A DNA stretch of 64,000 bases from a virus. A program made the translations under genes and the position numbers. The notes below the pieces were generated by a model. It saw only the letters and a list, made by a program, of their open reading frames with translations, was not told the DNA's origin and did no database searches. Shown here piece by piece: positions 53,527 through 64,000 of this stretch. The DNA is taken from positions 1 to 64,000 of IMG/VR virus record IMGVR_UViG_3300037336_000025, one strand, 5' to 3'. Within the stretch, counting starts at the first letter, position 1; each line of letters opens with the position of its first letter.

Positions 53527-54189
53527 TTATACCTCTGTAAAGCCGGTTAAGCTCTGTACACGAATTGTATAATCAACTTGTAAGAGTCTGTTTAAAGATT
53601 TTTGTACTGGATGAAAAACTACATGAGTTAATAATTTTCCGATACCGTCTGGGTTGTAAGATTTAAGTCCTAATTCGTCAAACACAAAATTTCCGCTTAG
53701 ACTAATTGAGTTATCAAATGCTTCTTGATCAATTGGCTCACCATAGTCTAACAAACAACTAATAATGATATCGCTATAAGTAGCACCGCTAATATGGCGA
53801 ACTTCCATTTTATTTCTTATAGGATCAACATTATTAGTTGAATTTTGATCAACTACTTTTGTATATGTTTGATTATAAAGACTAGAGTTAACTCCAACAG
53901 TATTAGGTGTCAGATATGTAATAAGTCCTGTAGGATCTACAGTAGTTCCGCCTGTGCCAAATGACATTTCATATACTGTTCCTTGCCCTTGGTTTGATAA
54001 ACTTTGTACCATAGCCACTGACATGTTTTCATAATGAATAGCATTTCGCTTATCTTGAAAAACTTCTCCAGTTTCAGGGTCAAATATTTTAATGTGACCT
54101 TCAAAGTGAAAGCCTCCCGTTTCATTAGGGCGAGTTTGTTTAGTATTTTGATCTGTATTTTCTGGCATTTTAGTCTCTTGTGTTTCCAT
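53527..54189 (-). CDS. baseplate-associated structural protein
   Basis: GHIKIFDP...NAIHYENMS...FDELGL...LLTHVVFHPVQKS; late promoter 5 nt upstream. Confidence 0.6.
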   Translation of the reverse strand: METQETKMPENTDQNTKQTRPNETGGFHFEGHIKIFDPETGEVFQDKRNAIHYENMSVAMVQSLSNQGQGTVYEMSFGTGGTTVDPTGLITYLTPNTVGVNSSLYNQTYTKVVDQNSTNNVDPIRNKMEVRHISGATYSDIIISCLLDYGEPIDQEAFDNSISLSGNFVFDELGLKSYNPDGIGKLLTHVVFHPVQKSLNRLLQVDYTIRVQSLTGFTEV

Positions 54190-54194
54190 ATATG

Positions 54195-54201
54195 TATTTA
54201 T
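54195..54201 (-). promoter_or_regulatory. late promoter ATAAATA
   Basis: + strand TATTTAT, 5 nt before ATG 54189. Confidence 0.65.
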
Positions 54202-57200
54202 TCAGGCAATTTCGTTGTGCGTTTAGCTATGAAATTAGCAATAGGAGTTGCGTTTTCTAGCAATGTAATCCCGCTAGTAGCGGTATCTTCACCTCGATCA
54301 TACCATGAATTTCCTGTTCGTTTAATAATAGATATACGAGTTCCTGCAGAAACGGCTTCAGTAAGTCGTATAATTACTGCAGATCCATCTACTGAAAATT
54401 CTGCTTCTAATGTAATGTCTGCACCTGGGCTACTTGCACCGTTAATTTCATTATATACAGCTAACGGATCTTTACGTAATCGTCTTCCGCCTACAAACAC
54501 TTCTATTTCGTCGCATGGTCCATAAGTTGTAGGAATTGTAGTACGTACCCAGTTATTTCTAGAAGACTTAGCTGGTACATAGTTTAGGGGTCCAATTAAG
54601 ATAGTATTTCCGTCGCTAATAAAGTCTTCTCTAATTTGACTTTCGTTATACGGAATAACTTCTCGAGATCCTTGATCAACTACCGGTGTCCCAATAGCAT
54701 ATAAATTGCCAATTGATGTTCCGTGACTACCTCTCCTTAGTTGAGACAATACATTACCTGCTTTCCGTGTATACTCTATGCGCTCGCCATTAATTTCAAC
54801 AACACCTGGAATATTTCTAGATGCTATAGGAGCTGTTAATTCAGTAGCGTCGGTAACTGTGATAGTTTGATCATAATAGTTTAATGCTACAGCTAGTGTT
54901 ACAGAATTAATTGAATATCTAGTAAAACGGTAGATGTTTAACATATCTTTGTGTATTTCATAAGCACTTGGCAATTTATAAATATCAGTCCCAAACATTA
55001 CGACTTTGATTAAATCATTAGTAGTACTGTTATCTGTTAGGTAGATAGATCCTCTTGGCAACGTGATGAAATAATCAATATCTTTAGTTAATCGTATTCC
55101 GTTCTTGTACACCCATACATAATTAATTGACAACGGAGTTCGTTGTAGGAAATAATTTACTTTTCCTCCAGTGAACTCATCTGATATAATACGCATAGTT
55201 GGATATTCGCTAAACCAAGTAACATCAATGATATCATTGTCTGTTTCATTAGTTGATGTAAGTTCAACTCCAGCAGCAATAACAATGTTGTTATTTTCTA
55301 CATAGTATTCAGATCGTAGATTATTTTCAATTCTAATAGTATTGCCATTACTTAAAATTGCAGGTGTAATAGTAATTATTTTATTAGTGCCGTCATACAC
55401 ATAGTCTCGGATAACTGTGCGTTCTACATTATTCACAAACAATTTAATATTGCTTGTTAAAATTGCACCAGCACTCTCTACCGGGTCAAGGCCTAGCACA
55501 AACTTATTAGTAATACCGTCGTAGACATAATAGCTAGTATCTGGTCCACGTAGCGCAACTCCATTAACTTCTACTATCATCGACGATGCAGCTGATGCAG
55601 ATGGTAAATTAACAAATTCTGCAAGGTCAAAATTTCTAGTACTTCCTTCAAATTCAAATGACTGTTTGTGAACTTGTACTAGCGAAACTCCTGAAGAATC
55701 AGTAACCGTTGACGATCCTAAACAAATAATCTTAACAACATCTCTAAACTCTGGATTTGTTCCAAATTGGATTAATGTTTTATTAGTCGTAGATGTTAGC
55801 GCAGAACTATTGGTAAATCCAATATCCTCTCGCTGACCGTTTATTGTTACAAATACTGAACTTGTATCTGCAAAATTTGCTGCTGTTAAGAATAAACTAG
55901 TTTCGCCATCTGCCACAAATTCTTGATAATCTAGCAATACAATTCCACCAATGCCTACAGATATTATTTCGATTATTGATTCTGCGGTAGGTGCCACTAT
56001 AAACTCAATTTGGTTAGATACAAAATCAATTGTATAACTATCTTCTTGATTAATCTTGTTAACATAAACTAATACAGACGTTGTTTCTAATACATTCAAA
56101 TCAATAGTGTATAACTTAGTAGTACCGTCAGCTATGATAGTTTTAGACTGTAAAGGTGCAGCTCCAGTTGATGTGTTGTTAAACACTTTGATGCTTACAC
56201 TATCTAGGACCTGACCTGGTACGTTTTCTTCAGTAGCAGGCACTTGATCAGGACTAATAAATTTGTCACCGTCTATTGAAATTTCGTCTGCTGTGATACC
56301 GGTAGCTGTAGAATATGCGCCGGTCATACTTGCTAGTGTACCACCGCTTAAATTAGTGTCTAATAAATTACCATCGTTGATTGATACAGATCCATCACTT
56401 TCGATTGGGCGGAATATTAAAATGTCGCCGGCAGCAGTTTCAACGTAAGGAAAGTCAGTTAGTTGATTTACAAAATCAACTGTTGCAGTAACTCCGTCGC
56501 CGATAAAGGTTGGCATTTCTGCATTAGGATTTGATGAAGTTGACGAATCTACTTGATTGTTAAATGCCGGATCGTCAATTCTAATAGATCTTTGATCGCC
56601 TACTCTTTTAATGTAGATGTTAATCTCTTGACCTGTGGCCGGAACAAACGGTAATGTAATATTAACAGTACTGCCGTCGCATACAACATAATAATCTGCA
56701 CTCGACTCAACACTATCCCAATTATCAGTAAACCATGGTAGTGCATCCCAGCCGCCAGTGACATCGAATGTTGTACCTTGTATTTGCACACCGCCGAAGT
56801 CAATACCTGTCATTAACTGGGTTAACTCGTTGCCTTTCATTCCTGCTGTAGGTGCATAGTATTTTTGTATTCTATTAACACTGTCCAGTAAAGAATCATT
56901 CTTTTCGTAGTTAACTACAATACTATCTCCTCTAGCTGGAATTTCTGCAAAGCTAATCTTTCCTTTTAGTAAACTATAAGTATCAGTAGTAGAGGTGAAC
57001 AAGCTAATAAAATATTGATTGTTTAACAAAACTTGTCCATTCTTAACAACTGAAATTTTACTTTTATCTCTAGTTGGAGCATAGTTTAAATTGAACACGG
57101 AAACATTTCCAGTTCCAACAAGTGTCTGAGACTGTGAAAATGTTGTGAACAGGCCTGTCTTGCTAATCCTATCAAATTTCATAGTTAGATCGAAAGTTCG

Positions 57201-60200
57201 AACTTTCGAGTCTCCAATGAATGCTACCGCTTTTGCTTGCTCTGAACTTGCTGGATTGCCTCCGACTAATGTAACAGTTGGCGCTGATGTATATCCTGTT
57301 CCCGGATTTGTTACTTTAATTCCAGAGACTGCACCGTTTGAGATGTATGCCTGCGCTGTTGCACCCGTACCTGTTCCGGTAATTAATACTGCAGGAGCTG
57401 AAATATAATCTGCACCTGATTTATATGTAGTAATTGCTGTTATAGAATATCCGTTAGTATCCGTCCACCATTTCCACGGATACGATTGCAATTCGATACT
57501 GTATTGATTCACTGGAACAATTTTTCCTGCTTCAACTGAGTAAGTTGGAGGTAAATCAAAATCTGAAATTGCAGACGGTGCCGCTTCTATTGTGTCGTAT
57601 CTGCTGATATATTCTCTTACCGTTGTTCTATATGGCTTAACTTCGTTAATATATTCTTGGAAACTTTCAATGTTATCATTTTTGTAATTAAGTTTTTGCG
57701 TTAGCGGACCTACATTATGAGTAGCCGTTAAGAAACTAGTTTTAAACGCCCAGTCAATATATGTCTGTTCAGCAAATGCATATCTTACAGAATTAAAGAA
57801 TAGTCGGTTCCATTCGATTGCATAGTCGCCAATAAATATGTTTTCTTTGATTGCCGCAAAAATATTTCTTAATTCGGTAGAATTTCCTATATCATAGTAA
57901 GTAGCATCAAATGTTTGGGCAGTATCATACCCAATCCCAGATGATGTAATATCATACAAACTGCTAGATAATTCCACAGTACCTTTTTCTCTACCTACTA
58001 GTTGATGGTTATCTAAAAATGTATTAATGCTAGTATTTTGCAAATTAGTTAGTTCTTCAAAGACTGCCCATCCGCCAGCGCCGTATTCTTTAATACGGAC
58101 TAGATCTCCTGCCTCAAGATTTGTTATCGCAGGATACTCTGAAAGATTTGTAATTTCCTTAACAATGCGGTCTGTTGGAGTATATCCTTCTTTCCACCAA
58201 TCTGATAGACTCCAATAACGTGTTGTGTCATACGATTGCGATATACTTCTAAAGAACACTTTTCTTACATCATCCCATGCATATATACTCCAGAAATTAT
58301 TAGAAGTAGCATCACTATTAACTAAAACCGAGAACTGTCTTACTGTTGCAGATGCTGAACTATATTTCTTACCTTTTGAAGTTATTACAACTGCAATAAC
58401 TCTGCCCTGGCCATCAATGCGGCATGCTGCTGTGGCTCCTGTACCTGTACCTGTTATACTAATCGTTGGACCAACATACACTCCAGGAATTGATTGATTA
58501 ACTAATTCTGTTGGCTTGTAACCAAATCCCGGACTAACAATATCAATAGTATCGATTAATCCGTCTACAATGTTAACTGATAAAGTCGCTTGACGAGTTT
58601 TAGCTGTACCCACTAATAATAAGTCTGCGTATGTATCTACTGCAACATCATAGCGATTTAATACAGCATTAGGTGCTTGGTCAATTAAATTTAAGTTATT
58701 AAAATTGATAATATCTGCAAACGATTCCTGTTGCAACACAGTATTAACTCGTTGTATAGCTGCTTTCAGTGCTGCTATATTATTAACAAACATTGACTGC
58801 CTTGGTCTAAAACTTATTCCGTATTTTTGTTTGTCAGATAATGTAGAATCTGGAACTCGGTCACCTGTTAAATTTATACCAATTAAACTATCAATCCATT
58901 TTGTTTCTAACTGTTTTGTAGGTACGCTATCTGCTACACCTTCAGTTAACAATTGATATTCGTTGTGTATTGCATTTAAACTATCAGTGGTTTTACGATA
59001 TTCAATATTCAACAATGCTGTATCAGACGAGATAACCGAGGTAAAGTTATACGTTAATATTTTGTCTGTATCTAGTAGTGCAACAAATGCTGTTCCGGTT
59101 CCTGCTGGGCTACTGATATATGATGCAACTGATGCAGCTGATATTCTTCTGCTTGGCATATTTTCAGGTACTGTTACTTTGCTCTTGACCCAATAATAGT
59201 ATAAGGTTGAGGTTGCTAGCCCAGTATTAGAATTAAACAGTTCTTTAACTGAATACACATTATCATTAGGATATAATGGCTGTCCGGAAATACCTTCGGC
59301 TATACCTTCGTTAGTATCTGCAACTCCGCTCCATTCTGACGGTAGCAGTAAACTTTCTACCCATTCGTAAATGTCAATACTTGCGCCTGCTGCAAGAGTA
59401 TTCCAGTTGCCTACTCGATAAGCAATATCGCCTTGCTGATAGTCTATCCACTTAGCTTGTGACAAATCCCACCAAAGTTCACCTACATGTTTAGTAGTCC
59501 ATGACTGTGTTGGTTCAACAACTTGATCATCAGTTCCTAGTGTGTACACTGCCGGATCAAACGGAGTTTTGAATGCAAGTTCCTGTTCTGCAGAATTTAA
59601 TATTTTTAAATTAGCATGGTCAACATAGTCTATGTCTTGAATTTTTGTGTTTTTAACATTGTCATATAACCCAATGCTTCGAATTTTTGCAAGGTCAACA
59701 ATTTTTTGCTTAGTTGATAACACTTCCCATGATTCGATAGTTTCATCTTTTCTAAACAATCTAACTGTGCCTATCTTTTGTCCAGGGTATGTAAATGCTG
59801 ATCCAGACAATACCGGCGCAACAAATCTGGGAGATCCTACAGCTATTGCAGATCTAGTACAATCTATGCTATTACCAAAAGATTCAAACGGCGATAACTC
59901 TGCTTCTAATTTTTCAGTTAGGAAATAGCTATCTGCTTTTCTTTCAAATACATATACTGCGCCTGCATATCCCTTTGCATCGATAAATCGTGTTAGCGAC
60001 TGATCAAACGATGTACCATCTAGAGTATCAAACATTGTGACATTAACAAACGGAGTATTCTTTGCGCCGATGGCAATTCTTTCTGTACCAGAGCTAATAG
60101 AGATACTTTGGCCGAACCATTCATCAGCATACTGTTCAAAACTTTCTAGTTTTTGCTTCAATCTAAATTCGAGGGCTGCAAGTCCTGCAGTTTCGAACAC

Positions 60201-63200
60201 ATAAGCAGAGCCTTGATTTATAAGATTTAAGTCTGCCCTAGGACTTGTTATTACTAGTGTAGTTCCTGAATAATCAACATCAATAGCAAATCCAAATTGG
60301 TCGCCTGCATTAATTTCTGTATTGCCGGTAGTAATATCATTTAACCCTACCATCGATCCAGCATTGATTGTCTGCTTGAGATCATATGTTCCCAATGTAG
60401 ACCGTTGGTAAATGTAAACTTTGCCAGATGATACTGTGGTACTATCGCCCACATTAATCCAAGGCAGTCCACTGCCTGACGGGTCGTCGTTAATGCTTGT
60501 TGCATCTGTTAATTTATAATATTGTGTTTCAGACTTCACTACATCATTTTCAGCATACTCTACATCTGCTCTCCATTGTCCTCTGTAGTTTGCAAAATAT
60601 TGGCCGTCGCTGTTTGGTGCACCGATAACAAGAATGCCACCGTCTCGGCTCATAGTCATCGAAGTACCGAACTCGTCTCCTACTTTAATTAATTCTGCTA
60701 ATTGCGTGTTGCCTAATATACCAATAGTAGCTTCTTCTGTAAGATTTATAAGCGCTAATGTTGATCCATCATCGTCAATGGAGATATTTGATGGTAGTGA
60801 GGTATGTGTAGATCCTGGATCTAGTTGTGTCCACTGTTGTGAGTCTACAGTAATAGAGCTGCCGTCACCTAGTTGGTCTTCTAGAGACTGCCACAAAGAT
60901 TCGTTAAACCAAACAATTGTTCCTGCTGGGTAACTAGTTGCTCCTGTTGGATCATAGATTCCAGCATAGCTAGAATTTTCTTTGTGTGTCCACTCTACGC
61001 CGTCGTATTCAAATAGGTAAACTCTTCCTCGATTTTCTAGTGAACCGATTGCAGAGACTGCCATGTAATATTCTGTGCCGCTTACTCCAATTGCAACTTC
61101 TGAGCCAAAGAATTCATATTCTTGTGGACGCGGGCTAACAAATGAAGAATGTATATTCCATTGTTGGTTACTCCATTCGTAAATAGAAATCATACCTTGC
61201 TGAGTAAATCCAGGAGCTCTTCCGGACGATAGTGCAGGAATAGAGTTAGCTTGTTCCCAATTTTCTGAATCAAGATCAATCGTGCTGTAATCGCTAGTGT
61301 TTATATCCTTGTTTGCTTTCCATAAACTACCAGCATATAGAACAATATCATCCTCTATGTATGATGCTGATGAAAAACCACCCTGGTAATTACTCTTGAT
61401 TCCGCTGGCCAATGGTGATGACACGATTAACCAACGACTGTCTGGACTTATCGCCATCTTGCTACCAAACGATCCAACAACATTTGACTCGAACCCGCTT
61501 AGAGGAGCAATAATTTGTTTTAGTGTTAGACCATTATGTGATTCAATATAACTCATTACATATCCGGATCCTGGAATACTAGATATAGTCTGTTTTAAAT
61601 TGTCATCATAGATAACTTTAGTTCCTGCATTAATAGGAGTTGTAATGCCATACTCAGTTAATTCTTTGTTTACAAATTGTTTATTTTTTCTAATAACTTC
61701 CCAAAGGTCACTGCCGTTGTTGTCAACCCACAGTTTAGCGCCATTAACTAATAATGCGGCTGCTTCTGGATCCAATGTGTCGTAGGATGCAGTACGAGCA
61801 GTAGTCAACGTGTACAATGTTGTAAGTGTGCTAGCATCAAATTCAGGTGCAGTAGTTGAGGTTGCTTCAACTACTAATGTATAATCTCCAACTTCAACAA
61901 TCTTAAAAAATCCTGTAAGATTAGGAATTTCCTTAACCCCAACAATGTCGTCAACTATAAGACTATGACGGCGTGACAGTGTAATTGTTACTTGCCCATC
62001 TGCTAGAGATACGTCAATAATATTAAGTTGTGGTGCTTGGTTATATCGTAAAACTGTCCAGGTGTATGAATCAAATGTGATCCAGATATGATCATTTTCT
62101 ACAACACTATTAATATCAAGATCTAAAATGTCGTCTCTAGATTTCAATATAAAATCTATTTGATCATTTTTTACATATCCAGCCGTTTTTTCTAATCCAT
62201 TGCTGTATGCTACAGGAGTTACATTAAAAGTAAAGTCTATAGGAGATACTGTAAAATTTGATTGTGCGATTCTATAATATTGATCAGTGATAGCTGTATC
62301 AATATTAGCTGTTAATAAAAACGGTTGGGGATCAATTTTAAATTTATTCTTTGAAAATTCAAACTCAATTTCTCTTAATTGATCTGTTCCGCCGACGCGG
62401 CCAACTCTAAATGCCCATTCCTCATTGAGTACAATACTGTCTCCTGTTGAACGACTTAGTTTATTAAACACTTTAGAAATTGCATTTGCTGTGCCCTTTT
62501 CTCTAACAAATCCCTGATATAATTGGAACTGTGTTACTGGATCTTCAGCTAGAGTTTGTAAATATTCTCTAGTCTGGTAACCAACTGCGTGACGTGCTAG
62601 AGCACGTTGGCTTTCACCTGTACCTTCAGCATCTACATTATAGTAATCTTCAAATTGATTGATCTTATAATCAAAGTTTGCAACTAGTTGTTTTTCCGGG
62701 GTTGAATCTAGTTTTGTCCAGCTAGTATTGTTAAATGTTTCTGACCCTAATTGGTTTACAAGGCTAGTCCAATTGTAACTTCTATAAGAAACAATGTCTC
62801 CTAACTTATAATCATTAAAAGGAGCCCAGGCAGTAATGTTAACGTTATCAAACAAAAAGCCAGGGCTAGTGTAATCCCCGTCCCAATCAACTGTGCGGAA
62901 TCCTTGTGTCTTTAGCCTATCCTGGCGATACCCAGTTGACTTGTCATAGATAATATCATTGAATACTGTACGATCAGAGAAAATAGCAACGTGTTCTTTA
63001 AGCACATAGTATACTGTTAGGTAATGGATACCTTCTGTAGTATTAGTAGTCGCTACTGTGATATTTTGAAAACTTCTGTTAACGTTAATAAAATTAGGAG
63101 CTAACGGTTTTCCGTCGGCTTTTAATAACTGGTAACTGTAGAATCCATCTAGAATATTATCAGCAACTCCTACTGGAATTGTAATATCTAATTTTTCTGC

Positions 63201-64000
63201 GCCTGGGCTTAATGTAATTAGAGACCCTACTGCCCAATTCTGTCTGGTCCAGAACATGTATTCTTTGCAGCTTGTTGTCCAGTCTTGAGAAACTTGATTT
63301 GCTGGATCGTATCTATTAAAGGTAAACCCAACAGATTTTAGATATGCTTCATACCCTAGCAGAAAGTTAACTACTTCTTGCACAGTATCTAATCTAGCAC
63401 CATAGCTGAGTCTAGAAAGATTCAAAGTATTAAAAGTTCTACGACGTTGTGCTTCCACTGCGCCAACTAGTGGCAACTGTGGTAATTTTTTCCACTGGGC
63501 TGTATCAAAGACCGTACTGCTACTATGAGTTCTTAATGCTCTATAAAATGTATTATTCCGACGTACTATCTGTCCATTGTTATAGGTTTTATTTGTTGTC
63601 CAGTCAGTAAATGTTTCACTAACTCCGCCTACTGAGATTGTAGGATCGGCTTGATTAGCTACAGCTGGATAGTAGTTAAAATACGGGTGAATATTATCGT
63701 AGCCACTTATAACCCATCCGCCTTCAGATTTTTCTAATATCACTCCGCTATAGGAAACACTTGCGATCGGAGAACTAACATTAAAAATAATGTCGTAGTT
63801 TTCTGCAGGAATGTAAATGTTACTAGAAGTTGCACTTGGATTCTTGCTGTCTAAAATATACTTTTGTTGAGCTTTGTCAACAAAGCCTGACAATCTAGTA
63901 GATAAATTAACATCAAGATTTCGTAGCTTTGTATTAACTTCTGAAATATCTGCACCAATAGATCTAATATAACTTGAGACATATTTCACTAGCCCAGATG
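54198..64000 (-). CDS. giant (>3,260 aa) baseplate wedge-like structural protein, N-terminus beyond the window
   Basis: Frame stays open to the window edge (the track 'start' is an internal GTG: ...SGLVKYVSSY). Contains baseplate-type KPYRTTVRE and GSGY/GADY..AP.V.I.G.G.GATA.A motifs, FG-GAP-like repeats and W...Y..G.IV repeats. Confidence 0.75.
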   Translation of the reverse strand, partial: SGLVKYVSSYIRSIGADISEVNTKLRNLDVNLSTRLSGFVDKAQQKYILDSKNPSATSSNIYIPAENYDIIFNVSSPIASVSYSGVILEKSEGGWVISGYDNIHPYFNYYPAVANQADPTISVGGVSETFTDWTTNKTYNNGQIVRRNNTFYRALRTHSSSTVFDTAQWKKLPQLPLVGAVEAQRRRTFNTLNLSRLSYGARLDTVQEVVNFLLGYEAYLKSVGFTFNRYDPANQVSQDWTTSCKEYMFWTRQNWAVGSLITLSPGAEKLDITIPVGVADNILDGFYSYQLLKADGKPLAPNFINVNRSFQNITVATTNTTEGIHYLTVYYVLKEHVAIFSDRTVFNDIIYDKSTGYRQDRLKTQGFRTVDWDGDYTSPGFLFDNVNITAWAPFNDYKLGDIVSYRSYNWTSLVNQLGSETFNNTSWTKLDSTPEKQLVANFDYKINQFEDYYNVDAEGTGESQRALARHAVGYQTREYLQTLAEDPVTQFQLYQGFVREKGTANAISKVFNKLSRSTGDSIVLNEEWAFRVGRVGGTDQLREIEFEFSKNKFKIDPQPFLLTANIDTAITDQYYRIAQSNFTVSPIDFTFNVTPVAYSNGLEKTAGYVKNDQIDFILKSRDDILDLDINSVVENDHIWITFDSYTWTVLRYNQAPQLNIIDVSLADGQVTITLSRRHSLIVDDIVGVKEIPNLTGFFKIVEVGDYTLVVEATSTTAPEFDASTLTTLYTLTTARTASYDTLDPEAAALLVNGAKLWVDNNGSDLWEVIRKNKQFVNKELTEYGITTPINAGTKVIYDDNLKQTISSIPGSGYVMSYIESHNGLTLKQIIAPLSGFESNVVGSFGSKMAISPDSRWLIVSSPLASGIKSNYQGGFSSASYIEDDIVLYAGSLWKANKDINTSDYSTIDLDSENWEQANSIPALSSGRAPGFTQQGMISIYEWSNQQWNIHSSFVSPRPQEYEFFGSEVAIGVSGTEYYMAVSAIGSLENRGRVYLFEYDGVEWTHKENSSYAGIYDPTGATSYPAGTIVWFNESLWQSLEDQLGDGSSITVDSQQWTQLDPGSTHTSLPSNISIDDDGSTLALINLTEEATIGILGNTQLAELIKVGDEFGTSMTMSRDGGILVIGAPNSDGQYFANYRGQWRADVEYAENDVVKSETQYYKLTDATSINDDPSGSGLPWINVGDSTTVSSGKVYIYQRSTLGTYDLKQTINAGSMVGLNDITTGNTEINAGDQFGFAIDVDYSGTTLVITSPRADLNLINQGSAYVFETAGLAALEFRLKQKLESFEQYADEWFGQSISISSGTERIAIGAKNTPFVNVTMFDTLDGTSFDQSLTRFIDAKGYAGAVYVFERKADSYFLTEKLEAELSPFESFGNSIDCTRSAIAVGSPRFVAPVLSGSAFTYPGQKIGTVRLFRKDETIESWEVLSTKQKIVDLAKIRSIGLYDNVKNTKIQDIDYVDHANLKILNSAEQELAFKTPFDPAVYTLGTDDQVVEPTQSWTTKHVGELWWDLSQAKWIDYQQGDIAYRVGNWNTLAAGASIDIYEWVESLLLPSEWSGVADTNEGIAEGISGQPLYPNDNVYSVKELFNSNTGLATSTLYYYWVKSKVTVPENMPSRRISAASVASYISSPAGTGTAFVALLDTDKILTYNFTSVISSDTALLNIEYRKTTDSLNAIHNEYQLLTEGVADSVPTKQLETKWIDSLIGINLTGDRVPDSTLSDKQKYGISFRPRQSMFVNNIAALKAAIQRVNTVLQQESFADIINFNNLNLIDQAPNAVLNRYDVAVDTYADLLLVGTAKTRQATLSVNIVDGLIDTIDIVSPGFGYKPTELVNQSIPGVYVGPTISITGTGTGATAACRIDGQGRVIAVVITSKGKKYSSASATVRQFSVLVNSDATSNNFWSIYAWDDVRKVFFRSISQSYDTTRYWSLSDWWKEGYTPTDRIVKEITNLSEYPAITNLEAGDLVRIKEYGAGGWAVFEELTNLQNTSINTFLDNHQLVGREKGTVELSSSLYDITSSGIGYDTAQTFDATYYDIGNSTELRNIFAAIKENIFIGDYAIEWNRLFFNSVRYAFAEQTYIDWAFKTSFLTATHNVGPLTQKLNYKNDNIESFQEYINEVKPYRTTVREYISRYDTIEAAPSAISDFDLPPTYSVEAGKIVPVNQYSIELQSYPWKWWTDTNGYSITAITTYKSGADYISAPAVLITGTGTGATAQAYISNGAVSGIKVTNPGTGYTSAPTVTLVGGNPASSEQAKAVAFIGDSKVRTFDLTMKFDRISKTGLFTTFSQSQTLVGTGNVSVFNLNYAPTRDKSKISVVKNGQVLLNNQYFISLFTSTTDTYSLLKGKISFAEIPARGDSIVVNYEKNDSLLDSVNRIQKYYAPTAGMKGNELTQLMTGIDFGGVQIQGTTFDVTGGWDALPWFTDNWDSVESSADYYVVCDGSTVNITLPFVPATGQEINIYIKRVGDQRSIRIDDPAFNNQVDSSTSSNPNAEMPTFIGDGVTATVDFVNQLTDFPYVETAAGDILIFRPIESDGSVSINDGNLLDTNLSGGTLASMTGAYSTATGITADEISIDGDKFISPDQVPATEENVPGQVLDSVSIKVFNNTSTGAAPLQSKTIIADGTTKLYTIDLNVLETTSVLVYVNKINQEDSYTIDFVSNQIEFIVAPTAESIIEIISVGIGGIVLLDYQEFVADGETSLFLTAANFADTSSVFVTINGQREDIGFTNSSALTSTTNKTLIQFGTNPEFRDVVKIICLGSSTVTDSSGVSLVQVHKQSFEFEGSTRNFDLAEFVNLPSASAASSMIVEVNGVALRGPDTSYYVYDGITNKFVLGLDPVESAGAILTSNIKLFVNNVERTVIRDYVYDGTNKIITITPAILSNGNTIRIENNLRSEYYVENNNIVIAAGVELTSTNETDNDIIDVTWFSEYPTMRIISDEFTGGKVNYFLQRTPLSINYVWVYKNGIRLTKDIDYFITLPRGSIYLTDNSTTNDLIKVVMFGTDIYKLPSAYEIHKDMLNIYRFTRYSINSVTLAVALNYYDQTITVTDATELTAPIASRNIPGVVEINGERIEYTRKAGNVLSQLRRGSHGTSIGNLYAIGTPVVDQGSREVIPYNESQIREDFISDGNTILIGPLNYVPAKSSRNNWVRTTIPTTYGPCDEIEVFVGGRRLRKDPLAVYNEINGASSPGADITLEAEFSVDGSAVIIRLTEAVSAGTRISIIKRTGNSWYDRGEDTATSGITLLENATPIANFIAKRTTKLPE

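Noticed and set aside
1418-60933. The many short ORFs nested in or antisense to long genes (e.g. 4445-4747, 10483-10998, 14735-15106, 48904-49392)
   Set aside because: They lie wholly within well-supported genes, lack RBS or promoter, and have the Ser/Leu/Phe-rich composition expected of reverse or shifted frames.
63987-63989. Start codon of the 3,263-aa ORF as given in the track
   Set aside because: It is an internal GTG; the frame stays open to nt 64000, so the true start lies outside the window.
1-64000. Stop-codon reassignment, as in some large phages
   Set aside because: Long genes (polymerase, ClpA, the 3,260-aa protein) are intact in the standard code, and genes tile densely with TAA/TGA stops coupled to the next starts.
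1-64000. tRNA or other structured ncRNA genes
   Set aside because: All intergenic gaps are short (<150 nt) and none shows cloverleaf or T-loop (GTTCRA) features.

Overview
A 64 kb segment of a large, AT-rich, lytic T4-like ('jumbo'-type) myovirus genome read in the standard genetic code. The spanin-type lysis cassette implies a Gram-negative host. I found no tRNA, rRNA, CRISPR array, integrase or transposase. The + strand block (to ~32.6 kb) carries, in order: the end of a dCMP deaminase; PhoH (on the - strand); a lysis cassette (GH19 endolysin, i-/o-spanin, 3TM holin, a lipoprotein); DnaJ and ClpA; and a late-promoter (ATAAATA) cluster of probable head-packaged proteins with T4-like capsid-targeting N-termini. 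It continues with a family-B DNA polymerase and probable clamp, a 7-deazaguanine DNA-modification locus (TGT/DpdA-like, QueD/DpdL-like, FolE, QueE, plus an embedded glycosyltransferase, PRTase and cupin), RNase H and small conserved genes. The - strand block (32.6-64 kb) carries a 12-gene glycan/sugar-modification cluster directly downstream of tail-fibre and baseplate genes, and ends in a >3,260-aa structural protein truncated by the window edge. The most striking unexplained structure is inside the 851-aa ORF at 9557-12112. There, a nucleotidyltransferase domain is followed by an in-frame array of 54-114-aa modules, each bounded by a repeat conserved at the DNA level (GGTGTGGCRGARGG = G-V-A-E-G). 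It looks like a recombination-shuffled cassette array that is also a protease-cleaved polyprotein. Other strong leads are the accessory enzymes of the deazaguanine locus and twin identical-loop hairpins in front of the polymerase ribosome-binding site. All functional calls come from motif recognition by eye; no searches were run.
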